This document shows, one piece after another, positions 22,627 to 33,640 of a stretch of 37,849 bases of DNA. Positions within the stretch are counted from its first letter, which is position 1. Each line of letters starts with the position of its first letter. The stretch covers positions 16,864 to 54,712 of the forward strand of contig JBNGIO010006147.1 in NCBI GenBank assembly GCA_049999805.1, written 5' to 3'. Made by a program: the position numbers and the translations under genes. The notes under the pieces are model-generated. The model was not told where the DNA came from, did not search any database, and was given only the letters and a program-made list of their open reading frames with translations. This DNA is from Folioceros fuciformis (lineage: Eukaryota).

Positions 22627-25600
22627 ATGTCTGGGCAGGAGTCCTTCGTCTGCGCCGGCCACGATGATACACTTTGGACCCCGAAGACTCTACCAGTGCC
22701 CTACGTTCCCGCTCATGGCGATAGCGTGTATGGAACTTCCTCCCAAGAGACTAATATTGCTTATGGCCATCAAGAGGTAGTAGCGCTGCTGGACGACCCG
22801 ATGAACATGGTGGAGGGTCAGAGTCGTTTTGTGACCATGGAGAGACTCTCACAGGGTGAGAGTCCTTTTGTGCCAATAGAGCTAGCCAGCAATTCGTCTG
22901 ATGCTCTTTCTCATTCTGTCCATGCTACCTATCCTCCTTCATCCTCTTGGGGGTCTGGTATTGTCATGGCCCAAGAGTTGTTAGAGTCCTCAGTCTTTCC
23001 CGAGCATCCCCTTCTTATGGACTACATTCCATATGCAAGGTTCGGCTCTAGTAGCCACTTGGATGTCGTCCCTATCCCTACCCTGCACACATACATAACT
23101 CATGTGCAGGGACCCCTACCTTTGCGTCTAGAGTCTGCCTCTTCCATTGCCTCAGAGTCTTTTCTTCCTCTTTTATTGTCAGAAGCCCAAGAGCCAGGTA
23201 TCCCCTTCCCTCGGCCTCACAACTCTGCTCATGCTCACCAGCCGTGTGCCCTTTCCGATCATGGTCTGCAAACATATGCCCCTGCTGATCATGGTCTCCA
23301 GCCATATTCCCTTGCTGATCATGCTCTCTTGCGATACACCCCTGCTGATCATGCTCTCCAGTCATATGCCCCTGGTAATCACGCTCTTCTGCCATACACC
23401 CCCACTGATCATCCTCTTCCGCAATATGCTCCTGTTGACCATGCTGTCCAGCCATATGCCCCTCCTGATCATGGTCCCCAACCATATTCGCCTGCTGATC
23501 ATGGTCTCCAGCCATATTCCCTTGATGATCATGCTCTCTTGCCATACGCCCTGGCTGATCATGATCTTCAGCCATATGACCCTGCCAATCAGGCTCTCCT
23601 GCCATACGCCCCAGCTGATCAAGCTCTCCAGCCATATGCCCCTGCTGATCATGGTCTCCAACCATATTCGCCTGCTGATCATGGTCTCCTGCCATATTCC
23701 CTTGCTGATCATGCTCTCCTGCCATACGCCCCTGCTGATCATGGTCTCCAACCATATTCGCCTGTTGATCATGGTCTCCTGCCATATTCCCTTGCTGATC
23801 ATGCTCTCCAGCCACACGCCCCTGTTGATCATGCTCTCCAGCCATATGCCCCTGCTGATCATGCTCTCCTGCCACACGCCCCTGTTCATCATGCTTTCCA
23901 GCCATATGCCCCTGCTGATTATGTTCTCCAGCCATGTCCCCCTGCTGATCATGGTCTCCAACCATACTCGCCTGCTAGTCATGGTCTCCAGCCATATTCC
24001 CTTGCTGATCATGCTTTCCTGCCATACGCCCCTGCTGATCATGGTCTCCTGCCATACGCCCCTGCTGATCATGGTCTCCTGCCATACACCCCTGCTGATC
24101 ATGGTCTCCAGTCATATGCCCCTGCTGACCATGGTCTACAACCATATTCCCTTGCTGGTCATGCTCTCCTGCTATACGCCCCTGTCGATCAAGCTCTCCT
24201 GCCATACACCCCTGCTGATCATGCTCTCCAGCCATATGCCCTTGCTGACCATGGTCTCCAGCCGTATGCCCCTGCTGACCATGGTCTCCAACCATATTCC
24301 CTTGCTGACCATGGTCTCCAACCATATTCCCTTGCTGATCATGCTCTCCTGCCATACACCCCTGCTGATCGTGCTCTTCAGCCATATGCCCCTGTCGATC
24401 ATGCTCTCCTGCCATACTCCCCTGCTGATCATGCTCTCCAGCCATATGCTCCTCCTGATGGTCTCCGGACATATGCCCCTCTTCAAGCTCTCGAGCCAAA
24501 TGCAGTTGCTCATCATGCTCTCCAGCGATATGCCCCTGCTGATCATGGTCTCCAGACAGATGCCCCTCTTCTAGCTCTCGAGCCATATGCCCCTGCTGTA
24601 GCTCTTCAGCCATCTGTTCTAGCCCTCGAGCCATATGCCCCTGCTGTAGCTCTCCAGCCATCTGTTCTAGCTCTCGAGCCACATGTCCCTGCTCTACCTC
24701 TTGAGTTTGATGTCCCTGGGCTACCTGTTGAGCAATATGCTCCTGACCTATCTCCTGAGCCATATGTCCCTGGTCTTCGTCTTGAGAAATATGCTCCTNN
24801 NNNNNNNNCTCCTGAGCCATATGTCCCTGGTCTTCGTCTTGAGAAATATGCTCCTGACCTAGCTCCTGAGCCATATGTCCCTGGTCTTCGTTTTGAGCAA
24901 TATGCTCCTGACCTAGCTCCTGAGCCATATGTCCCTGGTCTTCGTCTTGAGCAATATGCTCCTGATCTAGCTGTTGAGCTAGATGTGCCTACTCTACCTC
25001 TAGAGCCATACGCTCCTGATCTAGCTCTCGATCCATATGCAGCTGCTCACCATGGTCCTCCCAGGCCCCTGCGCATGATCGCACCTGAACCGCTGGCCTT
25101 GCACCACTTGCGGAATGTCATCTATGATTACATCGGTGGACGCCCCAGGCCGGGATTGGTGCGAAGACAACAGGTGATCGTTAAGGGCCGATTCTTGTAT
25201 GCAGGAGAGAGCGAGGAGGAGATGCCGCAATGGGATGTGCACCATGAGGCGTGGGGGCTCCCCACCAACATGGCCCAACTCGTCATCGACGTGGAGATGC
25301 CGCACACGCTGGAGTTTCCTTCGTGGTTCGAGGTCTTCTGGCTCCCCCGGTCCTTACACCGTCTCCGCGAGATGATGGAGGAAATCCATCTCAGACTTTG
25401 GCACTATCTGCCACTCCAGGACCATACACTTGCCAACCAGGAGGGGACCTGCATCGAAGTGTTCCAAAACACCCAGAACATGCCAATGACCCAGGATAGG
25501 CCGTCCCTGCTTCCGCGCCTCCCAAGGGAAGTACTGCTGGAGATCTTCTGCCGCTTGCCGCTACGGTGTATCTTCAGCTCCGTCCGGCGTCTGAGCAGAG

Positions 25601-26805
25601 AGTGGCACCGTGTGATCTGGTGCAGGGAGTTCCGCGCCCTGCAGAGCCTGTACGCGCCGCAAGAGAACCTGCTCCTGGAGTTATCTTTGAACGACGTTCT
25701 CTACGAGCTGCCCGACGGCCCAAGTATCATGAACTCGGCGGGGCACGGGCTGGCCTCCATCTTCTACCCTGCCTGCAATGGAAACCCGGCAACCTGGCGC
25801 AATCTGGTGTGTGTTCTGCCCGGGTCCGTGCAAATAGTAGCCTTCAGCCGGGGCCTGGTATGCGCGATGCCCCTTCCGGGAATGGAGGATCCCGGCCCTC
25901 CCAGTGTCTACATGTGCGATCCTCTCTCTGGTACTGGCTCCTGGATTCAGTCCCCTCACGACTTGTGCACCGGATCACGGCAATCCCAGGTCTTCCACGT
26001 CGTGGGTGTGGTGGCGGAACCCAACGGCCCGGACTATCGGATACTAGGCATCCACGGCCACCAAGGGCCTGCGCAGATTTACGACTCTCGCACCGGCGTG
26101 TGGACCATCACCCAAGAATCCGTGCCGCACTCAGCAGCGCTTCGTCCGGGTCAGGGAATCACCGTCGACGTCAGCAACTCGAGACAGTGCTTTGGAAGGG
26201 GAACGGAGTACAGGGGGTGCATGTACGTGCTGGAGTGGTTGCAGAGGCCTGGCCTGCATCTGTTAGGCTACCCGTGGGGGCATCATCTTGGGCTGCTCAG
26301 GGCCAATTTGATGTCCGAGGAGCCGTGCACGTGGGCGTACCGAGCGCTGTCCCTGCCCAGGTACGTGCTCACGACGTGCCCGAATCTAGTGGTGGACTGC
26401 TTCAGTCGCCTGCTGCTGTTGACCAGCCTCCGGAAGATGAGGTCAGGCCAGGCCGGGGGGCCCTTCTCCGCTTGCATTTGGAGCCTCGACCCGGAGACCA
26501 TGGCGCTGGAGGAGGTGGCAGAGCTTCCCCAGGCCCTGGTGAAGCAGGAGTGGGAACTGGGTCGCTTTGTGCCCATGTCCTGGTTTGCTGGGGATGACAG
26601 GTTGCTGTACATCACCGTCCGTGGTGTGCACATGCAGCTTGTGTGCAGCCTACTTGCGCCGGAGGTAAAGTGGTGGTGGATGCCAATCAGTGCCCCCATT
26701 CTGCTCTGTCGGGGCCTCGACGGCAATTACGCTGCCATGCCCCTTACCCCTCGCTTCGACGCCTTCATTCCTGAGCCGGACGTTGAGATGGAAGTAGGTG
26801 AGTGA
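22627..26805 (+). CDS. F-box/kelch-type (beta-propeller) protein with a long N-terminal tandem-repeat region; single coding exon, ~1392 aa
   Basis: First ATG at 22627 (the track start at 22603 is TTG). F-box LPREVLLEIFCRLPLRCIFSSVRRLSREWHRVI at ~25510-25640. Downstream motifs typical of plant F-box/kelch-like proteins: VAFSRGLVC, YMCDPL, QIYDSRTGVW, IWSL...EEVAELP, terminal PRFDA. The frame crosses a 10-N gap at 24799-24808. Confidence 0.85.
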   Translation: MSGQESFVCAGHDDTLWTPKTLPVPYVPAHGDSVYGTSSQETNIAYGHQEVVALLDDPMNMVEGQSRFVTMERLSQGESPFVPIELASNSSDALSHSVHATYPPSSSWGSGIVMAQELLESSVFPEHPLLMDYIPYARFGSSSHLDVVPIPTLHTYITHVQGPLPLRLESASSIASESFLPLLLSEAQEPGIPFPRPHNSAHAHQPCALSDHGLQTYAPADHGLQPYSLADHALLRYTPADHALQSYAPGNHALLPYTPTDHPLPQYAPVDHAVQPYAPPDHGPQPYSPADHGLQPYSLDDHALLPYALADHDLQPYDPANQALLPYAPADQALQPYAPADHGLQPYSPADHGLLPYSLADHALLPYAPADHGLQPYSPVDHGLLPYSLADHALQPHAPVDHALQPYAPADHALLPHAPVHHAFQPYAPADYVLQPCPPADHGLQPYSPASHGLQPYSLADHAFLPYAPADHGLLPYAPADHGLLPYTPADHGLQSYAPADHGLQPYSLAGHALLLYAPVDQALLPYTPADHALQPYALADHGLQPYAPADHGLQPYSLADHGLQPYSLADHALLPYTPADRALQPYAPVDHALLPYSPADHALQPYAPPDGLRTYAPLQALEPNAVAHHALQRYAPADHGLQTDAPLLALEPYAPAVALQPSVLALEPYAPAVALQPSVLALEPHVPALPLEFDVPGLPVEQYAPDLSPEPYVPGLRLEKYAPXXXXPEPYVPGLRLEKYAPDLAPEPYVPGLRFEQYAPDLAPEPYVPGLRLEQYAPDLAVELDVPTLPLEPYAPDLALDPYAAAHHGPPRPLRMIAPEPLALHHLRNVIYDYIGGRPRPGLVRRQQVIVKGRFLYAGESEEEMPQWDVHHEAWGLPTNMAQLVIDVEMPHTLEFPSWFEVFWLPRSLHRLREMMEEIHLRLWHYLPLQDHTLANQEGTCIEVFQNTQNMPMTQDRPSLLPRLPREVLLEIFCRLPLRCIFSSVRRLSREWHRVIWCREFRALQSLYAPQENLLLELSLNDVLYELPDGPSIMNSAGHGLASIFYPACNGNPATWRNLVCVLPGSVQIVAFSRGLVCAMPLPGMEDPGPPSVYMCDPLSGTGSWIQSPHDLCTGSRQSQVFHVVGVVAEPNGPDYRILGIHGHQGPAQIYDSRTGVWTITQESVPHSAALRPGQGITVDVSNSRQCFGRGTEYRGCMYVLEWLQRPGLHLLGYPWGHHLGLLRANLMSEEPCTWAYRALSLPRYVLTTCPNLVVDCFSRLLLLTSLRKMRSGQAGGPFSACIWSLDPETMALEEVAELPQALVKQEWELGRFVPMSWFAGDDRLLYITVRGVHMQLVCSLLAPEVKWWWMPISAPILLCRGLDGNYAAMPLTPRFDAFIPEPDVEMEVGE
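23251..24450 (+). repeat. Coding minisatellite: 40 x 30 bp (consensus peptide PADH[GA]L[QL]PY[AS])
   Basis: Exact 30-bp periodicity with no indels over 1200 bp; 40 units counted in the translation. Confidence 0.97.
24451..25050 (+). repeat. Derived coding repeats: 48-bp (LALEPYAPAVALQPSV) and 54-bp (PDLAPEPYVPGLRLEQYA) units
   Basis: Two 16-aa units and at least four 18-aa units; copy number uncertain because of the N gap. Confidence 0.9.
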
Positions 26806-27800
26806 AAAGGGAATTAGGTTCTGCTGATGCACGTACGCGTGGTCTACAGACAAGATAGCTCTACGGTTTCCTTTGTGGTCGTCAGAGTTGATCTCGTAAC
26901 TTGGGTAAGGAAATCTTAGGCTTCGAGACTCTTTTTTCTTGTGTAAAATATTTCGATAAGAACACAAAGCCAGATCCTTCACTGCGGGCTGCAGCTGTTC
27001 TAGAGCGGCATCCACATGCATTCAGATGGACAGTGCCCTGGAGCTCCAAAAACGGAGCTAATAGATGCTGAAGGGCTCAGGCTGCAAGAAACACAAGCGC
27101 GACGGAACGTTGATTGCTTGAAAAAGTTTCATGACCTCTGTGGGAAGCCCAATGTACCGTGCTATGAGGAGGGTTCTGAATGGACTTCTGAATTGCTTTA
27201 TTTGCCAGGAGGTAGAAAATTGCCCTTTTAGGAGGCAGCAGAAGGGAAATCTCGTGATGTCCACCACTCAGGCTGACGTCGCATTTGGTATCTTAGCTTC
27301 AGCTTCCACTACGCTATTTATAAGAGACAATCTCTTGCTAGGAGACGACTATGTATATTTGCTTCGTTGCCATTTCCCCTAAAACAACTGGGAGCTTGCT
27401 GTTCCTGCTGCAGCACGTCCAAGAAGCCCGCTTTCCAATGTCCTCAGCAGCTCTAACAACGCGCCCGCAACACGTAGTGCCCAACTTTGCTAAAACATCT
27501 AGTAGCTTCAACTTTGTCATATACATGGGCCCTCAGTGGATGCTGAGGCCACGATACCTTTAGCCGTCGTCACCCTATGGACACGGAAACAAGCTTTTGT
27601 TACACTCCTGTAGTGCTCACCACCTGCCCCCTGACATTGCCAAGCTGTCACAGCAACGATAGTGAGAGGGAAGTTCATAAACCATGATTTCCTCGTATGG
27701 AATGATGATTTTTCGCCCAAGCTGAAGTGAGTTCGGACGCCTCTCGTGGGCGCGTATCCCACGCCTGTTCAACTCGTCTGTTATTTCCTCAATCGTAACC

Positions 27801-29575
27801 TGTTATAGTAGATTACGCACTCAGCATGTCTAGAGGGCACTTATACGAGACGCATTAATTTACGTTTATTTAATTGGTTAGGGTTTCGCACCTCATCAGT
27901 CACGACGGTTCGCCTTGCACCATAATTCTATCTGTTACTTTGCATAAACTCGTGAAGGTATCAGAACAATGGGCGCTTAGCACGAGAATGAATGACAAAT
28001 GCACTGCGAGGCACATTCTGCACTGTGGCAGGAGAGATGCCAAAAGCATGTGCATCGCCGGGACACTATGATGGCCAAGAAGGTCATCAACTTACTTCGT
28101 GCAGAATCTTTGCTGTATTTCTGCCCGCGATGGCCCGTAGGAGGCGCTATCGCTCTATCAACGCCTTGATCGCAGGTGGCCGTCTACCAGGGCTAGCCGA
28201 AAGGATTACCCAGAATCCGAATAATTTCAGACCCGTTTGGCAGCATACAGCCACAATCTTCACCGCGCGTCCGATAAACTCCACTAATTCCCTCTGCGAA
28301 TTGCAAGCCATTGTTAATGAATTGGCAAACCGAACAAGATCGCGTTTTCACTATCTTGGATTGCTCAAAACCTCGAGAGGATCATTGAACTTGTTCTTAA
28401 GATTGTGACCCGCCTTGATAGGCCACGAGAAGAAATTCAGGTTCTTCATTACTTGGATCATCCTCCCATGGGTTTGTGACCCAAGAATTTGGAAACGTCG
28501 TGTCGGTTGGTGTCCGACGACAAAAGTCACAACAATCTTCTCTATAGTTGGTAACAATCTTCCCTATAGTTGGTAGCACTATGCAGCGACAATAGCAAAT
28601 TACCTGAGGCATCTTGGCCAACTGAACAATGGGAACTGTGGTGCATAATTACAATGTGGAAATCAAGGATGGAGACTATTTTAACGGGTAGGACTACAAC
28701 ACTTGGGTTGTCCGAATGACTTCCATCCTCAACCAGGCTGGCCTCATGGGTGTGGTGGATGGCACTGATCCAAAAGTGGTCCTGGATGCTACGGCCTCAA
28801 ATCAAGCGGTCATTGATGCATGAAGGAAGAAAGATAAAAAGGCAAGGAAACTGATCCTTGCTGGCCTTGAACGGCCCATGCTACACCAAGTAGATGGGAC
28901 TACCACCTCAAAGCAAGCTTGGACTCAACTTGCTAATCTCTACCAAGCTGAGGACTTGGGGACCATGGTGGCAGCAACTAAGACTCTCTTTTCTCTACCG
29001 ATGAGAGAGTCAGACACTGTTCAAGGCCACATCACACAATTTAGAATAGCTCGCCCCAAGATGGCAAGTGTAGGCTAGCCTGACGTCTATTAAAGATAGG
29101 GACACCAAGAGCCAAGGCAGAGGTTGAGGGAGTACTAACAGAGGTTCTCTCAGCATTCATCCAAGATAGCACAACAAGGGGGATGCCTAGCACCTCAAGA
29201 TCCAACAGGATAATGTATGTTGGCCGTGGTCAAGGTCGAGGACGCCCTTTTCATCCTCAACAACAAGATAGGTCACACAGCCGTGGTCCACAATCTCCTC
29301 GACCTGCACACAACAACAGACGAAAAACAAGTAATTGTAACTAATGTGGCATCCTAGGCCATTGGGAGAACGAATGTAGAAAAAAAAGGCACATTTTTGC
29401 CTCGGAGAACAAACTCCTCTGCAAACACTATAACCACTGCTAGACAAGCACCTATGATTGCCTCACCAAGCATCATGGCTGTCTATCTTACCCGGAATCA
29501 TATTGACCATCATGGCTGGTACTTGGATTCTTGTGCCTCTGAGCACATATGCCACACTAAATCCTTCTTTGCTAC
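27801..29575 (+). mobile_element. Copia 5' remnant: putative short LTR, degenerate PBS, leader, gag-protease (ATG 28629)
   Basis: TGTTA start at 27801; AGGTATCAGAAC at 27956-27967 (10/12 to the tRNA-iMet PBS); FNG.DYNTW..RM.SIL....L.GVVDG, AWTQLANLY, WYLDSCASEHIC; cut off at 29575 by another repeat. Gag-protease call is firm, LTR bounds are tentative. Confidence 0.75.
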
Positions 29576-31555
29576 TGTGGAACGGAAAAGTTTGGTAATC
29601 GGTCTAGGAAAGTCTAACTTGGTTTCTTTTTGTTCAAAACAGTTCGAAGGGAGGCATGTGGCAGGTAGGTTTTTGGGCAAGTGCCCATGGTAGGTAGTGA
29701 GCGACTGCTGAAGGTTTTTATGGATTTTTTTTAGTTTTTTGGTTAGGATAAGAAGATACCTACGTAGTAGGATGTCTACCTACATACATAGAGAGAGTAC
29801 CTACGTAGGGAAAATGGAAGATACCTACGTAGATAGGGAAGGTACTTATACGGTAGACACCCCACCTACGGCAATGGGGTAGGCAACCTACCTACGAGAG
29901 GAGGGGTAGGGAACCTACCTATGAAGGGAGTAATAGGGAACCTACCTATGAAGGGAGTAACAGGGAACCTACCTACGAAGGGGACATCCTCACCCTACGT
30001 AGGGAAGGAACCTGAAGTTGAAGAATAAGTGTATCCCTTCCCTACCAAACCTATAGATGGTGGTCAAGGGATATCCCAAGAGATCCACATAGAGGAAGGC
30101 ACGGTGGAAGTTCGTGGATCCAAGAGAAGACGAATCCTAATGATGGAGGGGGGCCCAGTAGCTCAACCTTCAGACTCTACCTCCCTTCAGGAGCAGTCCT
30201 AGACACACCTTTTTGGAGAGAGGGACAACGAATCTTCTATGGCAATGCCGACAATCCTAATCTTCAGTGCCGCACACTGCCCTAGCAATTATTGGAAGGA
30301 CTTAGCCTCTTGGTAGGTGTGCGCAGTTAAAGTTGGTGGTGCCTAGTGTGAGAGAAGGGAAGCCCACCACCTACATGTAGGAGAGGGTTCATGTGATCTC
30401 TCTTATAAGGAGGGGCTACACAAAGAAACGAACCACCACATTCTACACTCTTCTCATGGTGAGTTCTCATGCTCAATAGAGCGTAGGAATCTTGTTGTCG
30501 GCTGTGTGCCATCACAGTGCCTGGTTGTGGCTAGAGTTGCAGTGGTCGAAGTGCTTGGCAGAGGGCTCATATTCTTCCATGGGCACCCCTGCAAGTTGCT
30601 TCCCTTGTGAATGGTTGTTGTGCTGTTGTAGGTGTGTGGCAATACCTGTGTGATTGTTGGCTTGAGGGTAGACTCTAGGGAAAGACTCCTTTGAAGTTCT
30701 CGCTAACAAGCACAAGCACGCAACAACCAGCCCAAGGAAAAGCTTGTTGGTCATTGGACATAGGGAGACGAGCAGTTGGATCGTTGTGGAAGGTGTTGTA
30801 AAGAGACTTGTGAGGAAAGGGGTGTTGAGTGTAGGTTCAACGAATCTGTTATGTTGTGTTTCCATGTTGAAGAGTTCTTAGGAGGAGCAAGAGGGTGAAT
30901 TGAGCCTAAAGAACGAATTGAAACTCAGAAAGTTCTAACTTTATGATGAACAAGAGACCTAAAAAATGGACCATACTAGGCTCAAGTATATGGAGACGAG
31001 ACTTTCCATCTTTTGGATTCAATTGGTGGGGATGAAAGCAAAGCAGGTGAGCAAATGGGTGGTGTTCAAGTTTGAGTGAGTGTGGAATCGGTGTTCAATT
31101 TTGGGATACGGAATGGGCTCCTATTGTATTGTTTTGAGTGCTTTGCCCAACAAGTGGATTGGTTTGTTTCTTCTTTTCTCTTTTGTGGCTCTTTAGTCCC
31201 GTTTTGTTTCCCTTGGTCTTTGGTGGTCAGCTTATGCGTTAGTCATACCTACGCGTATCGTAGGTATGAAAAGTCAATGTCTAACCAGCTTTCACTTGAT
31301 TATTCTAGTATTTGTGTCAGGAGGAGTGAACCTATTAAGACTGTCGGTCTAATTTTTGTAGGTTGACCTACGGCCATCAAGGGTGTCTTTTTGTGAGTGC
31401 TTGGTAGTGTGTTTTGTCAGTCCTACAGGTCAGTAGGAGAATCAAATCCTAGGTCTAACAGGATAATAAATGTTAAGTGTCAGTTAATGCCAGTTAAGTG
31501 CCCGTGGATAATAAACCTATGCGGCGGGTAGGCTAGACAATAAAGGGTCGTCACG
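29576..31555 (+). mobile_element. Long LTR-like segment (probably Ty3/Gypsy-derived), inserted into the Copia protease region
   Basis: Starts with TG exactly where Copia homology stops; 5' part is homologous to 12796-13190; CCTAC-rich; ends GGGTCGTCACG, similar to Gypsy LTR termini (GGGTCGTyACA). No TSD found, so the right end is tentative. Confidence 0.55.
29881..29983 (+). repeat. 27-bp tandem repeat (~4 units)
   Basis: AGGGAACCTACCTAyGAAGGGAGTAAy units. Confidence 0.85.
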
Positions 31556-31897
31556 AACATAAGGAAATTAAAGGAGATTTTGGGACATGTATGAGCATGC
31601 ATAGTGGAAGTAAGCGATGAGGAGTACACTGATGAAAATCACTCCTTGCTCTCAGATGCAAAGTAGTATAATGCAATGAATGAAAGAGTAAAGTACAAGC
31701 CTTTATATAGACTAAGTGGTTGAGGTGAATAGATGGTAATAACAATATGTTGTTGTAACCACTAAGTTGTTGTAACTAATAACAACTAACTACCTAGAGC
31801 AACTAAATAGGTAACTACTTAATGCCCTTGATGATAAAATAATGTTTAAGTGATGTGGCCCTAATGAATAGTGCTCTAAACTAGATATATTTCATCA
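31556..31897 (-). repeat. Possible solo LTR in reverse orientation
   Basis: Composition resembles the 9039 LTR (TTTATATAG box, AACTA-rich tract, ends CA); no partner or TSD found. Confidence 0.3.
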
Positions 31898-33640
31898 TAC
31901 ACATGTGTAGACTACTAGTACCTTCACAATGGGTGCAATTACAAGGCATACTCTCACCTTCCGCTCGTTCTTCAACGTTGAATGGCTGTCTACCTACCTC
32001 AACTCTTGCGAAAACAGAAGGAGCGGAGATTGACTAAAAGACGAGGTGTCTTGTTGTTGTAAGGGCAAGCTTCTTATGTATGCAGTGACAATTTCAAAGG
32101 CCAAGGAGCACAAGAAGACTGATTTCTTGGTGTGTGCAAGAGAGGTGGAGTCATGCGGCTTTGGTGTTTTGGGAAATTGGTAGATGCCTATATAAGATGG
32201 TCAAGGCTACCAAGACAACCCACGTTGACAGAATGAGAAGGCTAGAAGGAGAAGTGGCAAGGGGACCCCTTGCATTTAATTGTCTTGGAGGCTCAATGGA
32301 CAGAGAATCTTCCTCTGCAAAGTGATTTAGACCTAGCCAAGCTTCTTGCAGTGGCATCCAAGGAGTGAAGCACCCTTTCTATGAAGAAATCAACACCTCA
32401 CCTTTCCACAACTCCAAGAGACAACAATAAGGAGATTAGGTAGAGGATAGCAACGAGAGGACAAGATTTTCCTGTGCAATAGCTAGAGGAGGAGGATAAC
32501 TCGGTTGTGAGTGACAATTAAATCTCCAGATATAGAAATAGCCGATTGCCTCCTAGTTAGATGGGATACTTACCAGATTATTTTTTGGTTTGCTTTAATT
32601 ACATCATTGGCGCCTAGGAACCTAGCGTAGAATAGGTAAAAGGCTAGGAGTATAAGATTGGCTGAGATTGCTCATCTCTGTGTGGATTTCAGGTGTTGTG
32701 AAGGAGCCTAGTGTGGCGTTTCCGGACTTGGCTGAGGGCCCTTTTCTGTGCTGATTTTTGGAGGATTCAGTCCTTCATCTTGAGGAAATTGTCACTCTTG
32801 TTCTTCACTCTAGACCTCTCACAAGTTGGGCTGTTAGTTTTTGCCATCGTAAGTAGCAACTCGCTTATGGGGACGGACCAGAGAAACCTACAACAACAAT
32901 GGGTGTGGCCACTTAGCAAGGGTCCTTAGGGTTTTGGGGTCTCGAATGCCACAATGAGATCACCTAAATTCCTATCCTAAGGATGAAAGAGCCATCAAAC
33001 CCAATACCCCTTTTGTGATTTCAACCACTTGGCCTTGCAAAAACAGCAAAATCCCTATTCTCATTTTCAAGGCTTCACAAAGAACGTTGATCCCCCTTAT
33101 TTATATCATCCCAATTCACTTTATTCAACATACTTGCACATGCTAAGCATATAGTGGAGCTTCCCTCATTGAAAGGAAGGTGGACCTGGAAAATGTTAAA
33201 CATGTCCATGAGAAACTTTCTCATTGAAAATGGATAACAAAGTGAAGTTCTTCATACTCATAAGGTAAATACAACATCTCTCTCCAACTCTTATATATTT
33301 TAAATCTAAAAATTTAATAAAATAACTCTTTTAGAAACTTTAAAACAGCAGCTAGATATTTGAATTAGGGAAGGTAAAAGATTGTGGAACGAGAAGGTAG
33401 GAACAATACTCACCTTCTTCCTCCTTCTAAATTATGATATCTTAGGTGCTATTAGTAGTTTTTAGGTTCATGCAGCTTAAGAGGATAGCCCTTAGTGACT
33501 TGGTCAACTTTAAATTTCGTGGTTTCTTTTACTTGTTTAGGGGCACATAGTTTCCCATCTTGTTTTTCCATCTGTGGAATCTGCACATGTACATAGCCAT
33601 ATACATATGCATATCTACATGTCTGGATTACATGTGAATA

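Noticed and set aside
23251-24450. CRISPR-like periodicity
   Set aside because: Contiguous units with no unique spacers, inside a coding frame, in a eukaryotic context with no cas genes.
23078-24928. Long antisense and alternative-frame ORFs (GEHDQQGHMA, MISRGIWLES and PLLIMLSSHM repeats)
   Set aside because: By-products of a stop-poor 30-bp repeat; they end at or within the array and connect to no domain.
25566-26597. 343-aa overlapping + strand ORF
   Set aside because: Shadow frame of GC-rich F-box coding sequence; Arg/Pro/Gly-rich with no motif.
32960-33585. Exon-like minus-strand segments with AG and GTGAGT signals
   Set aside because: Contain stops and no recognisable motif; cannot be assigned.
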